From contig CBDCKW010000009.1 in the NCBI GenBank assembly GCA_965218435.1, positions 992,001 to 1,056,000 of the forward strand: DNA of 64,000 nt, read 5' to 3'. Shown piece after piece: positions 29,271 to 40,038 of the stretch (its first letter is position 1; each line of letters begins with the position of its first letter). The DNA is from Truepera sp. (GTDB lineage: Bacteria > Deinococcota > Deinococci > Deinococcales > Trueperaceae). The translations under genes were made by a program, and so were the position numbers. The notes under the pieces were generated by a model that had not been told where the DNA came from, made no database searches, and was given only the letters and a program-made list of their open reading frames with translations.

Positions 29271-30164
29271 TTATATCGTCCACCAACGCACTTCGTTGTG
29301 CTCGAGTTTTAGCTCTACCCGCCCGGTTTCTCGCAAAAAGCTCAAATACGCACTTACCACACACAAGTTCAGATAGTAACGCGGCAAGTCGTGTATCTCG
29401 AGCCCGAGCGCGTCCGCCGCAGCCTTGAGTACGCCTTCGGTGCTGAGTCCTGTGCAGACCTTTTCAATGGTGTCGGCAGCCCGTGCAAACGCCGCCAGAT
29501 TCGCCTCTACCAACGCCTCAATAGCTTCAGCCGGGTCGCCGTGACCGGGTAAGACGACCCTTGCGCCCAGCTCTGCGACTCGGGCCGCACTCGCCCACTG
29601 TGCGCCGACGTCCTGACCGAACGGCAGCGGGTATTTTTCCAGCACGCTAGCGCCAAAAACCGCGTCGGCTGCGATCAGAACCTCTCCAATTTTGACAGCG
29701 TAGTGCGTGTGTGCGTGCCCGGACGTGTTGATGACGCCCAGCTCGAGCCCCGCCAGCCTCAGCGTTCCCGGTGCTAACAGGCGCGTAACGTGGACGGGTT
29801 TCGCCAGCAACCATTTAGACATGAGTTCGGCGGGCGGTTTGGCTCCGCTAAAAAGGTAGACGGGCTCGAGATACGGGTTTCCGATGATGGCCGCTTCAAA
29901 GGGTGGCGCGTAGACCGGTAAGCCGAAATTTCTGACTAAAAAGTCGTTGCCGCCGTAATGGTCGGCGTGGGCGTGCGTGTTGAGGATGGCGACCGGCGTA
30001 ACCGCGAGAGCCTCACACGCCCTTTTAACCCGTCTGCCCGCATCTTTGTCGCCGCCTGTGTCAATGATGACTGCCTCTTTTTCAGGCCCTACAGCGAGCG
30101 CCATGTTGACGGCTCCCGGCAGATAGTAAACGCCTTCGCCGAGTTCTAAAATATCTTGTGCCAT
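29271..30164 (-). CDS. MBL-fold metallo-hydrolase
   Basis: THAHADHYGG, GH and PGHG motifs. Confidence 0.92.
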   Translation of the reverse strand: MAQDILELGEGVYYLPGAVNMALAVGPEKEAVIIDTGGDKDAGRRVKRACEALAVTPVAILNTHAHADHYGGNDFLVRNFGLPVYAPPFEAAIIGNPYLEPVYLFSGAKPPAELMSKWLLAKPVHVTRLLAPGTLRLAGLELGVINTSGHAHTHYAVKIGEVLIAADAVFGASVLEKYPLPFGQDVGAQWASAARVAELGARVVLPGHGDPAEAIEALVEANLAAFARAADTIEKVCTGLSTEGVLKAAADALGLEIHDLPRYYLNLCVVSAYLSFLRETGRVELKLEHNEVRWWTI

Positions 30165-30204
30165 AAGTATTGAGTGTAACGTCTAGCCTTAGCAAAACCT
30201 CGTG

Positions 30205-31440
30205 TCAGCTCCGGCGAAACCTCACTAAGTAAAAGCCGTCGAGTCCGCCCAGAGGCAAAATGGTTGACCCTTCCGGCCCGTTGTCGGCGGGCAGGTCGAA
30301 CAAAAACGGTTCAGCTTCAAACTCTGGAAATTTGTCCAGAAACCAACGCGTCTGCTCCGGGCCTTCAGCTTCAGTAAGGGCACATACCGCGTAAACCAAG
30401 ACGCCGCCGGGCGCGGTCAGAGCAGCAGCGGTTCTCAGCAACGCGCGTTGTAAGGCGGCGAGTGAAGCCACCTCGTCCGGGGTGACGCGTCCGCGCAGTT
30501 CCGGGTTGCCGCGCAGGGTGCCGGTGCCGCTGCACGGGGCGTCGAGCAAAACTTTGGGGGCAGGCGTCAGCTCAGGGACGGTGCGGAGGTCATGAACCAG
30601 GCCGGTGGCGTGCAGTCCCAAACGGTTGAGGTTGACTTCGGCCCGCTCGAGTTTGCCCGCGTGCAGTTCAACGCTCGTCACGTCCGCGCCAGCCGCGGCA
30701 AGTTGGGCCGCTTTGACGCCGCTGCCGCTCGCTAGGTCGTACACCCTTTCGCCGGGGGTGGGCTCGAGCAACCGCACCGGCAAGGTTGACGCCGGGTTTT
30801 GCGGCTGCACCCAACCGTTTTGATAAGCCTTGAGCTCAGCTAGAGGTTTTCCCAACCGGACCTGGAGCGTGCCGTCTAAGGGGCCGAACTGAACCTCACA
30901 ACCGTCGGCAATCAGCGCGTGCGTCGCCTCCGGGCTGTAAGACGTGAACCAAAGCGGGTCGGAGTCGTTCATCCCGGCGGCGATACTGCTCGCACGTTCC
31001 AGGCCGAACCGCGTCACCCACTCGCCGTAAAGCCATTTGGGAAGTCCGGCGGCGGTCGCAGGGGGAAGCTCGAGACTTTCTACCCGCCGTAAAACCGCGT
31101 TGGTCAGACCGGAGAGTTTCGGATTCTGTTTTTTGACGATCTCGACCCAGGCATTAGCGACGGCGTATCTGGGTGTGTCACGGTACAGGGTTTCAAATGC
31201 GCCGAGCCTGAGCGCGTCCAAAACCTCAGCTGGGAGTTTATCGGGCCGTTTTAAGAAGGGCTTTAATTGGGCGTCAAGTGCTAGCTCGAGCCGCAGCATC
31301 CCGTAGACGAGTGCGGTGACGAACCCTTTATCTTGTTCGGTAAGAGAACTTTTTGAAAGAGCCGCGGCCAAAGACGGCGCAGAAAATGCGCCGCGGTGGA
31401 CGCGGCGCAAGACTTCTAAAGCAGTGACTCGAGCGTTTAT
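30205..31440 (-). CDS. rsmB: RsmB/NOP family RNA m5C methyltransferase with a NusB-like N-terminus; probable ATA start
   Basis: LDAPCSGTG and VYAVC motifs; the N-terminus extends to (M)NARVTALEVL at an ATAA overlap. Confidence 0.85.
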   Translation of the reverse strand: MNARVTALEVLRRVHRGAFSAPSLAAALSKSSLTEQDKGFVTALVYGMLRLELALDAQLKPFLKRPDKLPAEVLDALRLGAFETLYRDTPRYAVANAWVEIVKKQNPKLSGLTNAVLRRVESLELPPATAAGLPKWLYGEWVTRFGLERASSIAAGMNDSDPLWFTSYSPEATHALIADGCEVQFGPLDGTLQVRLGKPLAELKAYQNGWVQPQNPASTLPVRLLEPTPGERVYDLASGSGVKAAQLAAAGADVTSVELHAGKLERAEVNLNRLGLHATGLVHDLRTVPELTPAPKVLLDAPCSGTGTLRGNPELRGRVTPDEVASLAALQRALLRTAAALTAPGGVLVYAVCALTEAEGPEQTRWFLDKFPEFEAEPFLFDLPADNGPEGSTILPLGGLDGFYLVRFRRS

Positions 31441-32126
31441 CTGCGGCTGGCCGAGATGAAGTAGAGCAGGTACGCGATTGAGGTCGCGGCGGCGGCCACG
31501 TAGGTCATCGCGGCGGCGGTCAATACGCTCCTTGCACCGCTGCTGTCACGGCTGGTCACGAGCCCCAACTTGTTGAGCTGAACGAGGGCGCGGCGGCTCG
31601 CGTCGAACTCAACGGGGAGCGTAACGATCTGAAACAAGACGGCGGCAGAGAAGAGGACGATACCGATCTGCAAAAGTCCGCCCGCCTGAATAAACAACCC
31701 GAGCGCGGCCAGCATAATCCCAAACTGCGAGCCGATGCCCGCAACCGGCGCGATCGCACTGCGCCACGCTAACGGCGCGTAAGCTTTGGCGTGCTGAATT
31801 GCGTGCCCGACCTCGTGGGCGGCGACCGCCATGCCCGCGACGCTGGCCTTGTCGTAGATACCTTCAGAGAGCCGTACAACCCGGGTACGAGGGTCGTAGT
31901 GGTCACTTAATTGCCCTTTAACTGCTTCGACTTGGACATTGTTGACGTTGTTTGCACTCAAAATCGCCTCAGCGACTTGCCTGCCGGTAAGCCCTGACGA
32001 GTTCGCGACTTTTGACCAGCGGTTGTACGTTGAGCGGAGCCAGCCACTGACCGCCATCGAAGCGATGAACGCGACGATCCCGATAAGGTAGTAGCCACCG
32101 ATTCCTGAACCTCCACCTATAAACAT
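31437..32126 (-). CDS. Membrane zinc metallopeptidase (YugP-like)
   Basis: LSDHYDP, AAHEVGHAIQH, LPVEFDASRRA and AAAMTYVAA motifs. Confidence 0.93.
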   Translation of the reverse strand: MFIGGGSGIGGYYLIGIVAFIASMAVSGWLRSTYNRWSKVANSSGLTGRQVAEAILSANNVNNVQVEAVKGQLSDHYDPRTRVVRLSEGIYDKASVAGMAVAAHEVGHAIQHAKAYAPLAWRSAIAPVAGIGSQFGIMLAALGLFIQAGGLLQIGIVLFSAAVLFQIVTLPVEFDASRRALVQLNKLGLVTSRDSSGARSVLTAAAMTYVAAAATSIAYLLYFISASRR

Positions 32127-32365
32127 GCCTTTCCTCCTTGAGGCAGCAGCTTCGCAGTGTCTGCCTGATAAGAAGAGTTTACCACGGCAAATCTGAGTGT
32201 GGTGTGCTCAGGTTTATGAATACAGGTTCATGTGTTTTGGGAATGAACAAGCTATAAACAGAGCCCAGTCGAGCAGGTAGGCAAAGCGTGCCTTGTTAAG
32301 CGTCTATCCCTGAGGAAGTTTGAAACAGTGTTGCTTTATAGTACCGGTTTTGCAGCCTCAGGACG

Positions 32366-32644
32366 TCAATCTTGTGTCACGAGCGCGAATGACTGCACGT
32401 AAAAACGTACGGCGGTGCGTTCTTCGTCTTGGAGCTCGAGCTTGACGAAAGATGGTTGGGTGGTCAGGTCGAGGCCGTCGAGTTCGATATAGCTGCGGGC
32501 AATCGCAATCGCTTTAACCGCCTGATTGACGGCTTGGGGTCCTATCGCCTGGACTTCAACCTCCTGCTCTTGGCGCAAAAGTGCGGCGATGGCTCCGGCG
32601 ACGGAGTTGGGCCGGGAATTTCCCGAGACACGTAGCGTTTCGAT
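32366..32644 (-). CDS. spoVS: SpoVS family protein; probable ATC start
   Basis: (M)ETLRVSGNSRPNSVAGAIAALLR..AIGPQAVNQAVKAIAIAR; GAGGGG RBS 6 nt before the ATC. Confidence 0.88.
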   Translation of the reverse strand: METLRVSGNSRPNSVAGAIAALLRQEQEVEVQAIGPQAVNQAVKAIAIARSYIELDGLDLTTQPSFVKLELQDEERTAVRFYVQSFALVTQD

Positions 32645-32900
32645 GGTGTACCCCTCTCTCTCTATCTACGCTGACTTACGCTTCAGCGTCTTTTTCAGCC
32701 GGTGCTGCCGCGTTTACCCCGTATATTTTTGCACCAACCCCAAGCCATCTTTTAGTAATCTTCACGGTCATTCTCACAATCATAGCGGCACCGGACGAAA
32801 AAAGCCAGAGCACCCTTTAGGGTCCTCAACCGCACCGGTTTAGACCTGCACAACTCGTTAGTGGGGCGTAACTACCGGCGAGGCCGCGCTGAAGTTTGGC

Positions 32901-32929
32901 TTGACACTCCCAAACGGCCTCTATATACT
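32901..32929 (+). promoter_or_regulatory. ilv-leu operon promoter
   Basis: TTGACA-17 nt-TATACT. Confidence 0.85.
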
Positions 32930-32937
32930 CGCACTAG

Positions 32938-33054
32938 ATGAAAGGCACGCTTATCAGCACAGGTATTTTTATACCGAACCCGGCGACGCTAAACCTAGCG
33001 GGGCTAGACCTAGGTCTAAACCTAGTTATTGTAGGTCGGCAGGGTGCCTTATAG
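32938..33054 (+). CDS. ilv-leu attenuator leader peptide (38 aa)
   Basis: MKGTLISTGIFIPNPATLNLAGLDLGLNLVIVGRQGAL with six CTA Leu codons followed by GTT ATT GTA. Confidence 0.8.
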   Translation: MKGTLISTGIFIPNPATLNLAGLDLGLNLVIVGRQGAL

Positions 33055-33078
33055 TCGTAACGGACGAAGGAGTAAGTG

Positions 33079-33110
33079 CCCCCGCCAACCACACCGGCGG
33101 GGGTTTTTTT
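33079..33110 (+). terminator. Attenuator terminator
   Basis: CCCCCGCC-loop-GGCGGGGG-T7 immediately upstream of ilvB. Confidence 0.85.
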
Positions 33111-33131
33111 GAGGGGTAGAAAGGACTTGTC

Positions 33132-34990
33132 ATGCAAGAGCAACATGGGCGTGCGGCGCAACCCGCTGTAGTCGCTGAGAGAACGGCTGAGGTAGCTACG
33201 CCCCAGGGGACGCCTGAGAAACCAAGAGTGCATCCAGAGAAGCTCAACGGGGCGGCGGCACTTTTGTACGCGCTCGAGCTTGAGGGCGTCAACCTCGTCT
33301 TTGGACACCCCGGCGGCGCGATCATGCCGACCTATGACGCCCTTTACGATTCCCCTATTAAACATATCTTGGTGCGCCACGAACAAGCAGGGGCGCACGC
33401 TGCCGACGCTTACTACCGCGCGTCGGGTCGGGTCGGGGTCTGTTTTGCGACCTCCGGGCCGGGGGCGACGAACCTCGTCACGGGCCTCGCCACCGCGCAT
33501 ATGGATTCGTCGGCGGTCGTGGCAGTCACGGGTAACGTAGCGTCGAACCTGATTGGTACCGACGCCTTTCAAGAGGCCGATGTGTACGGCATCACCTTAC
33601 CCGTTACGAAGCACAACTACCTCGTTAAACACGTCAACGACATTCCCAAAATCGTCCATGAGGCGTTTCATATCGCCTCGACGGGGCGTCCGGGGCCGGT
33701 GCTAATTGACGTGCCTAAAGATATTCAGCAGGCTGACTTTACTGGGACATTTAAGACTGACCTCGAGTTACCCGGTTATAAGCCCACCGCGGTCGGCCAC
33801 GCCAAACAGATCAAACGCGCGGCGGAGGCGATTCGCGCTGCAAAACGGCCCATCATGATGGTCGGCGGCGGCGGTCAGGCAGCCTCGCCGGAGATCGCTG
33901 CCTTTGCTGAACGTACCGGCATTCCGGTCATCACCACGCTGATGGGCTTAGGGGCGTACCCTGCCGGAGCTGACAATGCCCTCGGGATGCCGGGGATGCA
34001 CGGAACCGTGACGGCCAACCGTGCGATCACGCACTCGGACTTGGTGATTGGTGCGGGACTGCGGTTTGACGACCGCGTCACGGGCAATATCAAACGCTTT
34101 GCGCCGAACGCGACGGTCGTTCATATTGATATTGACCCGGCGGAAATTTCCAAACTCGTCAAGGCGCACGTGCCGGTCGTGGGCGATTTGCGCGACGTGT
34201 TGCCGCGTTTGGGAGAGATGTTAGACAACCTCGCTATTCCTGACTGGTGGGCGCAGCTCTCCGAGTGGAAAGGCATGTACCCCGAGCGAATCAAAAAGGA
34301 CAAACCTCTCGTCTCTCAAGAGGTCATTCAGCTCTTTCAACGTGCGACCGGCGGCGACTGCATTGTTACCACCGAAGTAGGGCAACACCAGATGTTCGCG
34401 GCGCGGCTTTTTGCCACGAACGCGCCGCGCAGCTTTATCACCTCGGGTGGCCTCGGGACGATGGGCTTTGGCCTACCCGCTGCCATCGGCGCAGCGTTCG
34501 CCCGGCCTGACAAACAGATTGTGTGCATCGCCGGAGACGGTTCCGTGCAGATGAACATTCAGGAACTCGCCACCATTTACAAGCATCAGCTGCCGATTGT
34601 GATTGCCATTTGCAACAACGGAATGCTCGGGATGGTGCGGCAGTGGCAGGAGATGTTTCACGCGCAGCGGTACAGCGAGGTGTACTTAGCCGACTCGAAC
34701 CCCGACTTCGCCAAGCTTGCCGAAGCGTATGGACTTGACGGCTATAACGTCTTTGACCGGGACGAAGCGGCGCGGCTGATCCCTGAAGTGCTGGCCAAAG
34801 GTAAGCCTGCGGTGATGAACTTCGTCGTCTACGAAGCTGAAAAGGTCTTTCCGATGGTCCCTTCGGGGGCAGGGGTTGACGAGATGCTGATCGGTGACCA
34901 GGAACCCGAAGAGGTTACGGCGCAAGAGGCCCTTAAAACAGAGGAGCAAGCTGACGAGACTGACAGCGTGCAAAAGGTTGCGGGCGACTG

Positions 34991-34991
<1 letters not shown>
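33132..34991 (+). CDS. ilvB: Acetolactate synthase large subunit
   Basis: VRHEQ, TSGPGATN, RFDDRVTG and GDGS..MNIQEL motifs. Confidence 0.97.
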
Positions 34992-36543
<1,552 letters not shown>

Positions 36544-36648
36544 TCCGGTGAGGGTTGAGGGCACATTTTTAATCGGTAATAACCTGCGACTACCGTAGTT
36601 TGTCATCTGCCCTTGTGCCCTCAACCTCTACTAGAAAGGACGAACTCT

Positions 36649-38229
36649 ATGGCTTACGTTAAAATTTTTGACACGACCCTCCGAGACGGCGAACAGTCGC
36701 CCGGTGTGGCGCTTAACACCGGGCAAAAGCTCGAGCTTGCGCACGCCTTAGCGCGCCTCGGCGTAGACATCATCGAAGCAGGCTTTCCGATTGCCAGCGA
36801 CGGCGATTTCGACTGCGTGTATCAGATTGCTAAAGAGGTGAGAGGCCCGGTGATTTGCGGTCTGGCCCGGACGCATAAAGGTGACATCGAGCGGGCGGCG
36901 CAGGCCATCGAACCGGCTGAGCGGGGCCGGATTCACACCTTCACGAGCGCGTCGAAAGTGCACCTCGAGTACATCCTCAAGAAAACTGAAGACGAGGTTT
37001 TGGAGCTGTCCGACGAGATGGTGCGGTACGCAAAACGGTTTACCGATGATGTCGAGTTTTCCGCGCAGGACTGTATGCGGGCGAGCCCTGAATTCGTCTA
37101 CAAACTCGTTCGCACGGCAATCGCAGCGGGCGCGACAACCGTCAATATCCCCGATACGACGGGTTACGGCACGCCTGAAGAATACGGTGCACTGATTAAG
37201 AGCATCTTCAGCCATGTTCCTGAAGCGCATAACGTTGCAATCTCAACGCACTGCCATGATGATCTGGGGATGGCGGTCGCAAACTCTCTGGCAGCAGTTG
37301 AAAACGGCGCGACGCAGATCGAATGCACGGTCAACGGCATCGGCGAAAGGGCAGGGAACACTTCGTTAGAAGAATGCGTCATGGCGCTCTATACCCGCAA
37401 AGACCACTACGGCGCAGACATCGGGATTAAAACGCAGGAGCTTTACAACGTCTCGAGGCTCGTGCAGCGGCATACCGGGATGATGGTGCCGCCGAACAAG
37501 GCTATCGTCGGTGACAACGCGTTTGCCCACGAGTCGGGGATTCATCAGGACGGCGTGTTAAAGCACAAGCAAACGTATGAGATTATGAACGCCGAACTCG
37601 TCGGGCGTGAGGCGGGCGTCTTGGTGATGGGCAAACACTCGGGTCGTCACGCGTTCAAAAAGGCGCTTACCGATATGGGTTACGACCTCGAGAATGAGGT
37701 TCCCGATTATGGCATCAGCGCCGATTCGGTTGACGTATTGTTCAAACGCTTTAAGGATTTGGCCGACCGTAAAGGGGCTGTGAATACCGACGACATTCGG
37801 GCGCTCGTCGAAAACGAAGTGATGAAGGTGGCCGAGACGTATAAGCTCGAGCACGTTCAGTTTCAGTCCGGCACCGGTGAGATGACTCCTTCGGCGTTGG
37901 TACGCATCAGCACGCCCGAAGGTACGCTGGCAGAAACCGCTTTGGGTGACGGCCCGGTAGACGCTGCGTTTAAGGCGCTCGGGAAGCTGACGCCAGTGCC
38001 GTTTGTTTTAGAGTCTTACGACCTCAAGGCTATCGGCAAAGGGACTGACGCGCTCGGTGAGGTCTCGATCCGGGTAAACAGCGAGGGGCAAATTGTCCAC
38101 GGACGGGCTATTTCGACCGATGTCGTTCATGCGTCGGTGTTGGCATATGTAGACGTTTTGAACAAGCTGGCGGCGGGGGTTGGGCGTAACAAAGCGGCGG
38201 CGAATCAGATTACGATGACAACGCCGTAA
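36649..38229 (+). CDS. leuA: 2-isopropylmalate synthase
   Basis: DTTLRDGEQSPG, HCHDDLG, GERAGN and HESGIHQDG motifs; AAGGA RBS. Confidence 0.96.
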   Translation: MAYVKIFDTTLRDGEQSPGVALNTGQKLELAHALARLGVDIIEAGFPIASDGDFDCVYQIAKEVRGPVICGLARTHKGDIERAAQAIEPAERGRIHTFTSASKVHLEYILKKTEDEVLELSDEMVRYAKRFTDDVEFSAQDCMRASPEFVYKLVRTAIAAGATTVNIPDTTGYGTPEEYGALIKSIFSHVPEAHNVAISTHCHDDLGMAVANSLAAVENGATQIECTVNGIGERAGNTSLEECVMALYTRKDHYGADIGIKTQELYNVSRLVQRHTGMMVPPNKAIVGDNAFAHESGIHQDGVLKHKQTYEIMNAELVGREAGVLVMGKHSGRHAFKKALTDMGYDLENEVPDYGISADSVDVLFKRFKDLADRKGAVNTDDIRALVENEVMKVAETYKLEHVQFQSGTGEMTPSALVRISTPEGTLAETALGDGPVDAAFKALGKLTPVPFVLESYDLKAIGKGTDALGEVSIRVNSEGQIVHGRAISTDVVHASVLAYVDVLNKLAAGVGRNKAAANQITMTTP

Positions 38230-38232
38230 GCT

Positions 38233-38421
38233 GTGGATAAGCTTCTGGAAGATACGTCATTTGCAGCAGTGTCTGGCGTGTCTGAAGTTGGCACACTTGG
38301 GGCTATGGGTAATTTTTGGGACGAGTATGACTTTACAGAATTCGGTACGGGTGTACCCGATTTTATTTTCGACGTAAGCCCAAATCTCCTTATGATGAGC
38401 GGGAAGCGAGGTAAAAAATGA
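38233..38421 (+). pseudogene. Possible decayed antitoxin remnant
   Basis: GNFWDEYDFTEF resembles the EFWD.HD.TDF N-terminal motif of CopG/BrnA-type antitoxins; no C-terminal RHH. Confidence 0.4.
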
Positions 38422-38627
38422 ACAGCTACACAGCGATTGTCAAAAAGAGCGGAGCGTGGTGGGTCGGTTGGATTGAAGAGGTTCCGGGAGTCAACGCACA
38501 GGAGCGGACAAGAGAAAAGCTTCTGGGGAGCCTTAAAGAGGTACTTGGAGAGGCGCTCGAGTTCAACCGTGAGGATGCTCGCTCAGCTGCTGAAAGAGAC
38601 TACACCGAAGAACTCGTTCAGGTGTGA
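38418..38627 (+). CDS. hicB: HicB family antitoxin (short form, no DNA-binding domain)
   Basis: YTAIVKKSGAWWVGWIEEVPGVNAQERT. Confidence 0.85.
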   Translation: MNSYTAIVKKSGAWWVGWIEEVPGVNAQERTREKLLGSLKEVLGEALEFNREDARSAAERDYTEELVQV

Positions 38628-38812
38628 AACGCCGAAAGCTCATCAAGCATCTTAGTGAGAACGGCTGTGAGCTTATTCGAGAAGGCGCGAACCACTCTTG
38701 GTGGGGAAACAAAACGCAAGCTAAACGAACTGCCGTACCAAGGCATAACGAGATAGATGATCTGCTCGCCCGTAAAATCTGCAACGATCTGGGCATTCCT
38801 AAAGTCAGCTGA
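38624..38812 (+). CDS. hicA: HicA family toxin
   Basis: LIREGANHSWW..TAVPRH.EI..LARKI..LGI. Confidence 0.9.
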   Translation: MKRRKLIKHLSENGCELIREGANHSWWGNKTQAKRTAVPRHNEIDDLLARKICNDLGIPKVS

Positions 38813-38870
38813 GTTTTCGGAGCGAATAATATATCTGCGCGTATGGGCAAAGTGACTTGATGAGGTGAGA

Positions 38871-39332
38871 ATGAGGATTCAACTAGCGCAGGTCAATGTG
38901 GCCAAGATGCTTGCACCCACGGACGACCCCGTAATGGCGGAGTTCATGGAGAATTTGGAACCTATCAACGCACTTGCCGACGCTGCGCCGAGGTTTGTCC
39001 GGCGTTTGCAGACTGAAGACGGCGACGCGACGCGTTTGCAGGTATTTGACGACACGCTCATCATCGTCAACATATCGGTGTGGACTTCAGCCCAGGCACT
39101 TAAAGGTTACGTCTACAAAAGCCGATATGTGGACTTCGTGCGGCGTCGTAAGGCGTGGTTTGAACGGTTTATTGGAATGCACTACGCGCTCTGGTGGGTT
39201 CCTGTGGAGCATATCCCGGACGTTTTAGGGGCGAAGGGGAGGCTCGAGCACCGTGAGCTTTACGGCGACACCGAGCGGGCTTTTTCATTTCAAAATATTT
39301 TTGAGCCTACCGCTATAGCTGAGGGCGTCTAG
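38871..39332 (+). CDS. DUF3291-like protein
   Basis: LAQVNVA..DDPVMAEF..INALADAAP.FV.RL; NISVW; LWWVP. Confidence 0.8.
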   Translation: MRIQLAQVNVAKMLAPTDDPVMAEFMENLEPINALADAAPRFVRRLQTEDGDATRLQVFDDTLIIVNISVWTSAQALKGYVYKSRYVDFVRRRKAWFERFIGMHYALWWVPVEHIPDVLGAKGRLEHRELYGDTERAFSFQNIFEPTAIAEGV

Positions 39333-39336
39333 CGGC

Positions 39337-40038
39337 GTGCGGGTGGTTGGTCTTATCGGCGGGATGAGCTGGGAATCGAGCGCCGAGTACTACCGCATCA
39401 TCAATGAAACCGTTAGAGACCGCCTCGGCCCGCTCTACTCAGCCAAGAGCTTGATGTACACCGTGAACTTTCACGAGATCGAAGCCATGCAGCACGCCGG
39501 GCGTTGGGACGAAGCCGCTAAGGTTTTGGTCGACGCGGCGCGGCGGCTCGAGCGGGGCGGTGCCGACTGCATTGTCATCTGCACCAATACGATGCACAAG
39601 CTCGCCCGTCAGGTTGAAGCGTCGGTAACAATCCCGCTTATCCATATTGCGGACGCCACCGCGCAAAAGATTCGGGCCGCGAAGCTGAAAAAAGTGGGCT
39701 TACTCGGTACGGCGTTTACGATGGAACAGGATTTCTACAAAGAGCGACTTAGAGAATTCGGTTTAGAAGTCGTTGTCCCCGACGCCTCAGATCGTCAGGC
39801 CGTCCACCGCATTATTTATGACGAGCTTTGTCAGGGCAAAGTTTTGTCCACTTCGAAGGCTCACTACGTCAGAATTATGAACGGATTAGTTGAACGCGGA
39901 GCCGAAGGAATGATTTTAGGTTGTACCGAGATCATGCTTCTGGTAAGCCAAGCAGATAGCCCTGTCCCTATTTTTGATACGACGACCTTACACGCGCACG
40001 CAGCGGTAGACTTTGCGCTCGAGAGACCTCATGCCTGA
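39337..40038 (+). CDS. Aspartate/glutamate racemase family protein
   Basis: IGGMSWESS, CTNTMH and LGCTEI motifs. Confidence 0.93.
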   Translation: MRVVGLIGGMSWESSAEYYRIINETVRDRLGPLYSAKSLMYTVNFHEIEAMQHAGRWDEAAKVLVDAARRLERGGADCIVICTNTMHKLARQVEASVTIPLIHIADATAQKIRAAKLKKVGLLGTAFTMEQDFYKERLREFGLEVVVPDASDRQAVHRIIYDELCQGKVLSTSKAHYVRIMNGLVERGAEGMILGCTEIMLLVSQADSPVPIFDTTTLHAHAAVDFALERPHA

